Below, in pieces: positions 11,587 through 24,409 of a DNA stretch of 64,000 nucleotides. The DNA comes from Octopus sinensis (lineage: Eukaryota). Position 1 is the first letter of the stretch. Each line of letters begins with the position of its first letter. The DNA is taken from positions 83,514,001-83,578,000 of the forward strand of contig NC_043006.1 of NCBI RefSeq assembly GCF_006345805.1. The letters run 5' to 3'. Under the pieces are notes generated by a model, which was given only the letters and a program-made list of their open reading frames with translations, was not told the origin of the DNA and made no database searches. The position numbers and the translations under genes were made by a program.

Positions 11587-14500
11587 CACACACACACACA
11601 CACACACACCACACACACACACACACATTGAAATTATGAACATTATAAATTCTCAAAACACCATAAAATTTGTTGATGTTTAAAGGATTAAGCACAAATT
11701 TTATTAAATTTTCCCAGCTGTGGAAGCTGTAAATACAAATAGATATTACTTTTAAGTATTATATTTACATCAAACTGACATTCTGTTAAACCTGCAGTTA
11801 TAGTTTCACATAATGGTTTGCTTGCTTTTAAACTGAGATTTAAATGCTTTTATTTAAAATTACAAAAAGCCCAGATAAGCTTAACCTTTCACATAGCAAT
11901 ATACAAAATAAGTATTCTGGTAATTTTCTATGAAAATTACTTCAGATGAAAAAGGGTAGAAATAACATCAGAAGTAATGTTATATTAATTTTAGTTAAAC
12001 TTGAGCCAAAAGCGACTGAAATTAGCTGAAATTTTCAGACTACAGTTTATTTACCCAACAGTTTTATTAGTTTTATATTTTTACAGTGTATGCAATTATA
12101 TAAGTTGCATAAATGTCAACAGTTTCAGCTGAGCATGTTGATAGGTTGTTAGACTCTGTTTGTCTGGAAAAATGCTTTGTTCTCAATATCTAGTCTACTT
12201 AAAACTGTAAATTGAAAAATGTTGTTTAGCACCTGAAGCAGCAATGTCATTCTATATTAAGTATTTATTAAGCATGCAGGGCAAAGCTCAAATAATTTTT
12301 CATGGATCTGGATAGGTAAGGCAACAGAGACCACCAATTCCAGTGTACCACGCCTTGAATCAGTCTGTGGAGACAGACTTCAGTGGTGTTACAGTATATT
12401 ATATTGACCTACTAAGTCAAGTACATCAACATCAAAATAAATATCAAATGGAAATTGTAGTTGTGTTACCTGTGCCAGTGGCACATAAAAAGCACCATCC
12501 GAACGTGGTCAATGCCAGCGCCACCTTGTCTGGCTTCTGTGCTGGTGGCACATAAAAAGCACCAGCTGATCGTGGTCATTGCCAGCCTCCCCTGGCACGT
12601 AAAAAGCACCCACTACACTCACGGAGTGGTTGGCGTTAGGAAGGGCATCCAGCTGTAGAAACACTGCCAGATCAGATTGGGGCTTGTTTCAGCCTCCTGG
12701 CTTCCCAGACCCCGGTCGAATCGTCCAATCCATGCTAGCACAGAAAACGGACGTTAAACGATGATGATGATACTGATTTTTTTTCTCTCTCTCTCTCTCT
12801 TCTTCTTTTTGAAAATTGCATTGGAGAGCTCACTCAAATACACACCAGTGGAAGAGATCTTTAATCCAGATTTGTCTTGAAAAGTAGAGATCTACATACT
12901 ACAATTTGCAGAGTATACTGCATACCTTTAATAACTTTATTAGTTATGGCCCATAAAACACAAGATTGCTAACTGAACTCAATTGCAGTGCTTTTCCAAG
13001 TCACAAAGCTGTTAACATATCATTGCTAGTTCAACTATCTTAGCAGAATTCTATAATTCTTGTCTTACATATGCTTATTTTTGTAAGTTTTTATTATTTT
13101 TAACTTCATAGAATAAATTTAAAGTTTTATTTTAAAAAACGAATTTAATTGATATAGACACTATACTCAGTAATTCATCATCAGTTACATAATAGTTTTT
13201 CATCAGCAACAAATTATTAGTATGAAACAGACCAAAAGATTGTGGTGCACAATTATCTTTTTTCTTAAACCTAACATCTTCATATTTTATGTCACATTTA
13301 GAAAAAAAACGTTCACTTATTCAGTATCATCATGGAATCTTTTACATAGATATTTTTCTAACTAAAACATTACCTAAAAATAATAATTCAAGATTTTTTA
13401 CGTTATCGGATTAAATAAATTTATACTTTGTATGCATTTCTTTTTTTTCTTTTTAATACATTTCCTCTTGTTTTCTCATTCTTCTAAATATTTTCCAAAT
13501 ATCACTTCAACTTTTATTCAGATTCCTCTATGTATTCACTAAATAGATATCATCATTTTACATTAATCATTATATACAACTTCATAATAATTTCCATTCT
13601 ACTACATATGGGTGTGTTGTCATTGAAATCCTCAAATTATTCCATATATCCCTCCATTACACCACTCTTAAACTGGACCTGCAAATCATTGTTAACAAAT
13701 GTATGAAGGAATGCAATCTTTAACTAAATGTAGTGCTAGAAAATCCAAAAATAATAGTCTTCCCCTCTAACAAAAATGATGAAACCTAAGTAATGCAGTG
13801 ATTGAATACTATATTTTATCTTTTCCCTACTCCTAATTGTCACCATTTTGAGTTCAAAATATATACAAAATTTTAGGTTTAATTGTTTGGTTATTAAAAA
13901 ATAGTATATATAATGAGAATCTTTTTAATTAAATTTTTTTTTTCAATTGTTAAACTCAAAATTGGAATCTTATTTAAATAATGAAATTATTTTTTCGCAG
14001 GATTAAAAGTTTGGATATATTCTGTTCAAAACTGATGAACAAAATCATCCAACACAAAATGTATTGGTAGTAGATCTGCTTACGACAAAAAAAATATCTA
14101 GAAACTGTATTTTATTATTTCTCTTTTAGTTGTATTTTTTCCATTACTATTTGGTGAAGGTAGTAATTTCAGTCTAGTTTAAAAAAAACAAAAAGCTGAC
14201 CGATTTTTTATTATGATCTCTGGCACAGACATCTTTTCACAAATAGTTGTTATCTGGACAAAATTATACAATACAACTTTCACAGAAATTGTATTTATGG
14301 TCTTGTTATTTTCCAAACTAAGTTTTTGAGAAGAACTTGGATATTGTTCAAGAAAGATTTTGTTTTTCATCTTTAATTACATGTATTACATTCAAATTTT
14401 TGTAAACAAGTAAAACAAAGAGTGAAAGATTTTAAACCAAAGTTGTTGAATTTTCTTTTCCATAGCCATGTTTCTCTAGTTTAAATCTTTCAAAACCAGC

Positions 14501-16529
14501 TCTCCTGAGTTCACCTCTGTTTCTACAATGCAAAATCTTTTCTTTTAAAGAATTTACATTTAAATCATTCCTGTCATAATTTTATGTAAGAGTGGCCCCT
14601 CATCTGAGATGCTACATGCTGTGACTCCTTCTCCAATGACAACTTGGTATATTCAGCTACCAGCCCAGGCTCTGCTGTTCATTTGGCTGAGGAAAGCAAA
14701 CTGTCAAGGAATCAGTTTCTCTCTGACAGGTTTATGGTCGAGCCTGTGGAAGTGGAGATCTCCAGTGCTCTCAGCCTCCAGATCATATCCCTGCTCACTG
14801 TTGGCTATCTTCAAGTGCAAGGCCCATAAGTCAGAGCAGCTGTTCCAGCACATCTTCCTCGTCAACCTCTGAGCAACACCTTTTCCATTTTGCCTGTTAG
14901 GGCCATGATACAGTCTGAATTACAGGAAATTGTTGATTCCACTCCATGTAAAGTTACACCATATAAATTCATGTAAACTTATCACACTGTTTTATTCTGT
15001 ATTTTTTACCAGTAAAAAAAATAATAATAAAAGAAAACTAAATAGTTATGTTCTAAAAACCCTCTTAATAACCTAAGTTAGTTATATTTTTACTCAATTT
15101 TTATTATCTTTAGATTTTTCAGAACTAATTCATTCTTTTAGATTGTGTATTAAAAATATGGTCCCAGAAGGACTAAATACATTTTATGAATGGATAAAAA
15201 AAAAAATTGTTCACCCAAACGTTAAATTTTGTTCTGAATCAAGTACAAGTAAACGTTGTCTTTTACTTTCTGCTTTTCTATTGCTTTGAAGTTTTGACAA
15301 AACCAATGTCATGGTTGCTTATCTTTTCCCTTTGGAATGAAGGACAATGTGTGAGTGTGAGTGAAAAGAGTTATCTTCCATAAATGAGATCAGATATATA
15401 TATACATAAAGAACGTTTTGGTGTCCTCTATAAAGAGAGAGCTGATCATTTTAGAATGATACATATCTGGTTGAAAGAAACACATAGAGAAATCGACCAA
15501 GAAATATTTCAGTTAAATGTCTTAGAAATTGCAGAAGAAAAGATCACAATATATTGAAAGATGTTATATTACACACTCATGCAAGTCATACTAACATGGA
15601 TAAAAAGAGAACCTACAAACATGGAAAAGTGAATTTAAGAATGAGGATAATGCTGTTGTTACTACTGATGATGATGATGACTTACAACCTGAGACATCGA
15701 AAATATGAAAGCTTCATCCAGACTATGCGATATTTGAAGAAGTATGATTGGTTGTATGTATGGTGTCAAAAATCAATTGTTTGTATACAAATAAACTTTC
15801 CTATGAATTATGCTATAATTAGCAACATTTATAGACCAAAAATTTTTAATTTGTGTAACATAGTATATATATATATATATATACACATACAAAATTCTGA
15901 CCTTATTTGTTTAACTGTACAATATTAGAAACTTTTTGATTAATTTTTTTTTTTATTGTTGAACTTATAATCGGAATTTTAATTTAATAATGAAATTATT
16001 TTTTAACAGGATTAAGATTTAACAAGTCAGTTAAATAATTATATATGTATTTTTTTTTCGTAACAAGTGAATAACACAAAAACTAAATAATGAGGATATG
16101 TGTGTGTGTTTATATCTATATCTGTCTGCCAGTCTGTCATTTTTGCCAATGGATTACAAATTTACATTGTTATTCTGTGAAGTCATGTATGCAAATTTAT
16201 GTGAGGTAAGAAAGAATGGATTACATAAACTCAAACTGTAGTTTTGTTCAGCAGATCAGTCAAGCATAACGACACTGGGTTTGAAAGCAATCTTTGAAAC
16301 CCATAGGTGTTTGCAGTCAACCATCTAAACAAAAGCATAGTTTTAGTTATATAGACCTTATTCAGCTCACATAACGATAGATAGATGTGTGTATTATATG
16401 TATATATATTATATATATAACAATGCATGTATATAATATATATATATATACACATCATTATGTAAATATATGTGTGTGTGTGTGTATGCGTATATGTGTA
16501 TATATATCTTAAATATATGTGTGTATATT

Positions 16530-16576
<47 letters not shown>

Positions 16577-16644
16577 TATATATATATATATATTGTTATA
16601 TTTTGGAATGGTCATTTTGCCAGTTTAACCAATAAAAATCTTGC

Positions 16645-16742
<98 letters not shown>

Positions 16743-19025
16743 GTAGATAGATAGATAGATAGATAGATTGCTTGTTTGTTTTTATGTTCAGTTATAATGA
16801 AAATAATTTTACGTTAATCTGATGGGTTACTCTATGCTTTTGTAGAGTACAAATTTATTATTCTCATACAAGACTATTGTTGACAGTGATTTCAAAGTTT
16901 CAACCAATTAAGTTGTTGCTGGATAATGGTTTAACTGGATGAAGCCTCGAAGTCACTGTCAACAACATTCATATTTACAGATAGAGGTAGATAGAAAGAT
17001 AGATATAAACACATAAAATCTTCAAACCGTAAAAGCTTTTATTGTTTTGTTGAATTTTATTAACTTTTGCTTTGGAAGATTTTAATTTAAATTCTCTTCT
17101 TTCCAGTCGGCAAAATGCTATGATTCTAAGAACGCAACTAAATGTGCGTGTACATGCTGTAATTGGTAAGCAAACTTGTATCTTTCTTTGTTATCTTCTT
17201 AAAGTTTTCTGTTTTTTTTTTCTATTTTGTTTTCTTTTTTTATGAGCAATTTTGTAGCTAATGAACTTTTACCATAAACTAGCAGTATTGCCCGGCGTTG
17301 CTCGGGTTTGTTTCGACCCTTTAGAACTGGAATTTTTGAAAAGTAAACATTTTGCATTATGTAGCTTGTTATTCTCTTTAAGTGAACATTTTTCTGGTTG
17401 AAATACACCGAAAAATGGCAACACAGCAGTCAAAAAATCATAAAAAATAGGGATTTTCATAGAAAAAAAGCACCTTTTGGTTGTTAATAATTTTTGGTGT
17501 TAACATGGTCCGATTTGAATTTTTTCTTCTATGGAAGGAAGAGCAAGCCTTCTTCTATCATACTCTCAATTTTGGTCAACTTGGATCTCGGACGAGATAG
17601 TGTTAGTTGAAGGCTACCAAACCTGCCATACACAGACAACTTCAACTTTATATATAGAGAGATAAGCAAAACCTGAGGATGAAATATAGTATAGAAAAGA
17701 TGTTTCTGACTGATTACATCACATACATATATTTAGTTGTACATCCTCCTACCAACACTCATTGCATGCGCACACGCACACACACAAACACAAACATATC
17801 TGTATGTATGTTCACATGTGTATACATTTCATTATGATCATGATACATAAGGGGCTGATGTGGCTGTGTGGTAAGTAAGGAGGTTGCTTCCCAACCACAT
17901 GGTTCTCAGTTCAGGCCCAGTGCATGGCACCTTGGGCAAGTGTCTTCTACTAGAGCCTTGAATGGACCAATGTCTTGTGAGTGGATTTGGTTGATGGAAA
18001 CTGAAAGAAGCCCATTTAGTGTATGTGTGTGGGTGGGTGTGTTTGTCTACCAACACTGCTTAACACTAAATGTTGGTTTGTTTATGACCCCCATAACTTA
18101 GCAGTTTGGCAAAAAGAGACTAATGAAATAAGTACTAGACTTTAAAAGAATAGTACTGGGGTCGATTTATTTCACTAAACCTGTCATGGTAGTGACCTAG
18201 CATGGCTGCAGTCTAATGGCTGAAATTAGAAACAAGTAAAAAAACAAAAGATAACGATGTGTGTGTGTGTGTCTGTAGTTGTTCTCACAGAGTGTGCTTC
18301 CACACTGCACCTATTACTCTGGCGTAAGTATACTCAGAGAAACTTCAGTCTATTTCTATATGTAATACAACTTGCTCTTAATTTAATTTTTGTTTCTGAG
18401 GATATATTATTAGATTTGAAAACACAGTCTGACCTGATTGTATCATGTGACTGCTAGGACAGAATTATTAGTTTTATTCACTGAACAAAAACAACAAGAG
18501 AAAGAGAGAGCTGTTTTACTTCATAGCTGAGTTGTTAATCATCAGAAGGGCATCCAGGTGTAAAAGCAATTGATCCATCAAATAAACTATCCCATCCATG
18601 CAGGTATTGTAAATATAAAACACAAGTGCTCACAGACATACATACATTTATTTGGATATAGATATGGAAGATTTCAATCTGGTAATCTTGTTAGCCTACA
18701 GATACAAAATAAAAAAAAACCTGATGTTGAAACAAAAACTATTTCGTAAACAGGTTTGTACATATTTTTACATGGTTAACTGGGACCATTTTGTAAGATT
18801 ATGAATAAACCAATATATATATATATATATATAGTTAATCCAAACATGAAAGTACAAAAAAACACAACAACGCGAGGACATGGAACAAATGTAGTATTAT
18901 TGGACGCTCAGGAAAGAAGGAGGGTTTAACGTTTCGAGTGGAACTCTTTGTCGGGAACATAGGAGAAGGAAAGATCCAGAGAAGGGAAGACAGAGGGAAA
19001 AAAATCACCAACAGTACACACGCGG

Positions 19026-19066
<41 letters not shown>

Positions 19067-19401
19067 TATACATACATACATACATACATACATACATAAG
19101 TTGTCTAAAAGTCCATAAGTATGGAAAAATGTCAGTAGCATGGGTATATTATTCGAAGTGTACAGTATTATATATCCATCACACCTGATCTTACCCTTAC
19201 CACAAAACTGATTGGTAAGATCACCCATGATGGATATATAGTACTGTATAATGCAGTGCACTTCAGATAATATATGTATTTGGGTTGTTGTTTGTTCCTT
19301 CTCAAGCCATGCCTGGCTCATAAGATCCGGTCTCGTTGGCGAACAGATTACTTACCTGGACAGAATGCCGGTCAGTCACAATATATATATTTTTGAATAT
19401 T

Positions 19402-19433
<32 letters not shown>

Positions 19434-19519
19434 TATTATATATATATTTATATACATATATACATTATATATATATATATACTTATATATATATATATAC
19501 TTATATATATATATATATA

Positions 19520-19552
<33 letters not shown>

Positions 19553-19799
19553 TTATATATATATATATATATATTATATACTTATATATATACTTATATA
19601 TATATATACTTATATATATATATATACTTATATATATATATATATATATATACTATATATATATATTATTATATATATATATATACTTATATATATATAT
19701 ATATATATATATACTTATATATATCTACTTATATATATACTTATATATAATATATATATATATATATATACTTATATATATATATATATATAATATATA

Positions 19800-19842
<43 letters not shown>

Positions 19843-19846
19843 ATAA

Positions 19847-19883
<37 letters not shown>

Positions 19884-19956
19884 TTATATATATATATATA
19901 CTTATATATATATATATACTTATATATATATATAATATATAATATATATATATATA

Positions 19957-20029
<73 letters not shown>

Positions 20030-20509
20030 TTATATATTATATATATATATATATACTATATATATTATATACTTATATATATATATATACTTATATATAT
20101 ATATACTATTATATATATACTTATATATATATCTACTTATATATATCTATATTATATATAATATATATATATATATACTTATATATATATACTTATATAT
20201 ATATATACTTATATATATACTATATATATATATACTTATATATATATACTTATATATATATACTTATATATAATACTTATATATATATATACTTATATAT
20301 ATTATATACTTATATATATATACTTATATATATATACTTATATATATATACTTATATATATATATACTTAATATATATATATATATAATATATATATACT
20401 TATATATATATATATACTTATATATATATATATATACTTATATATATATATATACTTATATATATATATACTATATATATATATATTATAATATATATAT
20501 ATATATATA

Positions 20510-20600
<91 letters not shown>

Positions 20601-20723
20601 AATATATATATACATTGTGGTAACAATTCTGCCAGCTCACTGCCTTAATAATAATAAAGTAACCTAGACTTAGGTCTGCCATTAACCCTAGGACACATTA
20701 TCTCAGGGCTTAACCTGGTTTCA

Positions 20724-20756
<33 letters not shown>

Positions 20757-20861
20757 GATAATATATATATGTACACATATATACAAATATGTATGTAGAT
20801 ATCCTTGTTGCTTATTTTGATTATACACACACACGCACACACACACATATATATGTACATG

Positions 20862-20898
<37 letters not shown>

Positions 20899-21140
20899 GT
20901 ATGTATGTATATGCACATAAATATAGATACACATACATATAAATATATGTATACACATATATATAAATATATGTATACACATATATATAAATATATGTAT
21001 ACACATATATATTAATATATATATACACACATATATATATATATATATGTACATATATATGTATATACACATATATAGAGATTTATATATATACATATAT
21101 GTATAAATATATATATATATATATGTGCACATATATAAAT

Positions 21141-21179
<39 letters not shown>

Positions 21180-21730
21180 CACACATTCATTTTCAATTTT
21201 ATTATCAAATAGAACCAGTGTGACTCAGTATGACAAGCCTGGACATTTGAATTGCTGGTATAATCCATCTGACTGATTTCTACACATTTTCTGTCCATCC
21301 ACATTCACCTAAAATGTCTTCAGTCAACCCAAAGCTTATAGTAAAAGTACTTAATCAATGTGCCACACAGTGGAATTGAACCTGAGACCTGAGTATAAGT
21401 TAGAGAGTACTTGATATATGTTGTAGGACTTACTTTCTATACTGACTCTGAGGGGAAAAAATGGAAATAGGAAACACAGCATAATGACTGAATTACTTAG
21501 GTTTTCAAATACACACGTGTCTCTCTGCCTGTGTGTTTACGTGTAAAGAGAAAGAGAGAGAGCAGTCATTATTTGTTATGCCATCATTGTCGCTATTCTC
21601 TCTACATAAAACCTGTTAATAATTAGTGGGTATATGGGTTTGGACTAAATGAACCCTTTTCATTGATTTTCACAAAAGGTTTATACTTTTTTCTCTTTGT
21701 ATGATGACTGATTCAGTTTCTAGTGTAGAC

Positions 21731-21768
<38 letters not shown>

Positions 21769-22523
21769 TAACAATAATAATAATAATAATAATAATAACA
21801 ATAATAATAATAATAATAATAATAATAATTGCTATAAATCTCTGAATAAAATTAGCAGCATTAGCACCCCAACCTGGATAGCTACAATTTCTTGGTTAAA
21901 ACCAGTTCTAGAACAATATAGGAATATAAACAAAAGGTAAACCTCACACTAATGAGCTGCTGTTTATTTCTCTTGTTTTTTAATGAAGGTACATAGTCTA
22001 GTGGTGGGAGTGTTACACTCACAATCTTTAGCCCATGGTTTCAATTTCCAGACTGGGAAGTGCATTGTGTTTTTGAGCATAACAAACTTCATTTCATGTT
22101 TCTCCAGTTTACTCACCTGGAAATAAGTTCCAGCAATAGCTGACATGAGGAGTTAGCCCTGTAACTGACTGCCATTCTTTTTGAAGCATTTTATTGTAAT
22201 CTCAATCTCTGATGCACCATAGAAACCAGGTTAAGCCCTGAGATAATGAGTCCTAGGGTTAATGTCAGACCTAAGTCTAGGTTATCTTATTAATATTATT
22301 AAGGCAGTGAGCTGGCAGAATTGTTAGCATGCTGCAAGAAATGCTTAGTGGTATTTCACCCATCGCTACATTCTGAGTTCAAATTCCGCCGGGGTCAACT
22401 TTGCTTTCATCCTTTCGGGGTCGATAAATTAAGTACCAGTTTAGTACTGGGGTTGATATAATCAACTACCCCTCCCCCAAATTTCAGCTCTTGTGTCCAT
22501 AGTAGAAAGTATCATTATTATTA

Positions 22524-22558
<35 letters not shown>

Positions 22559-24353
22559 TTATTATTATTATTATAATTATTATCATTATTATTATTATTA
22601 CAATTTTTATTATTATTATTATTTATTATTATTATTATAATTATTATCATTATTATTATTATTACAATTTTTATTATTATTATTATTTTATTATTATTAT
22701 TAAGGCAGCGAGCTGGCAGAATCATTAGAGCACTAGATGAAATGCTTAGTGGTATTTCGCCTGTCACTATGTTCTGAGTTCAAATTCCACCAAGGTCGAC
22801 TTTGCCTTTCATCCTTTTGGGATCAATAAAATAAGTATTAGTTGAATACTGGGATCGATGTTATCAACTCATCTCCTCCCTCAAAACTGCTGCCCTTGTG
22901 GCAAAATTTGAAACTATTATTATTATTAAAATTGTGGTGGATTAGCAGAACATCAGATGAAATGCTTTGTGGTATTTAGTCATAGCTCATTACATCCTGA
23001 GTTCAAATTTTGTTGAGATCAACTTTGCCTTTCATTCCCCTGGGACTGGTAAAATAAAGTATCTATCAAATATTGAGGTGGATTTACTTGCTTAACCATT
23101 ACCCCCAAATTTTTGGCCTTGTATCTGTAGCATAAATTATAAGGGTGGATGATTGGCAGAATCGTTAGATTGTCTAACAAAATACTTTAAAGTATTTGTT
23201 CCAGCTCCCTGTGTTCTGATTTCAAATCCTGCAAGATCAACTTTGCTTTTCATCCTTTCAGAGCTGATAAAGTACTGGCAAAGTACTGAGATGAATGTAA
23301 TAGATTAACAGCCTACCCTCCAATTAAAATTGCTGGCCCTGTCCCTAAATTAGAAGCATTTATTATTATTGGGGGAGAATAAGATGGTAAGCTGGCAAAA
23401 TTGTTTTCAGGTCGGACAAAATGCTTAGCGGCATTTCTTTCAAATTTACATTCTGAGTTCAAATTCTGTCAAGGCCAACTTTGCTTTTCAACATTTTGGG
23501 GTTGATAAAATAAGTACCAGTTGAACACTAAGGTGGTTAGTCCACATTACTCTCTAAGGTGCACAGGGCTGGTTTCATGGTGTCCCTGGCATGTATATTC
23601 TTCTCTAGACAGGATGCCAGCCTGTTGAGGATTACTCATTTTTATCAGTTGAGTGGACTGGAACAGTGAGAAATCAAGTGTTTTGCTCAAGAACACAAGA
23701 CATCACCTAGTCCAGGAATTGAAACCACAATTTTATGATCATGAGTTCAACACCCTAACCCAGCATTTCTCAGCCAGAGTTCCCCAGAACCCTAGGGTTC
23801 TGCAAAATTTCCTAGGGGTTCCACAAGAAAGAGTGAGATAAGCTAATGCTAATTTCATGATCCTAATATTACTGTACATGCACAACATGTTATTGGTTAT
23901 TGTAATATAGACATCATCCTATTGAATCTATTATGTTATAAAATATATATATGTATATATATATATATATATATACACTTGCGTCAGAAATTAATTAGCA
24001 CTTCTCAAATTTCTACATTAAATAGGTTAAATCAATTAACCTATGAGCTGTTCAAAACGTCTTACGCGATGAGAAAACTTAGTATGGTGTGATTTCGGTC
24101 CTTGCGAGGCGCTACCTATATCTATTAAACAAAGGAATTTGTCTGCATCCGCACTCCAAGTTGTTGTTGCACTGCTATGTCAACATCATAAGGCTGTAGA
24201 CTCTCAAACTGCTCTGCGAACAAAGTTACGTCATCGTTCTGCGCAACAGTGAACTCGCAACAAAGCAATAGTTCGAGATATGGCCACTAGGTGACAGCAC
24301 ATACCTTGAGTGAAGAGCAAATCAAGGGTGCTAATTAATTTCTGACGGTAGTG

Positions 24354-24409
<56 letters not shown>

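Noticed and set aside
16931-16950. Resemblance of the hairpin 3' arm (GATGAAGCCTCGA) to the 3' half of miR-76/miR-981 as I recall it
   Set aside because: The seed region does not match, so no family assignment is made
19251-21304. Long Ile/Tyr-rich ORFs in the supplied track (also near 35353-35702 and 36925-37474)
   Set aside because: Translations of (TA)n/(TG)n microsatellites, not genes
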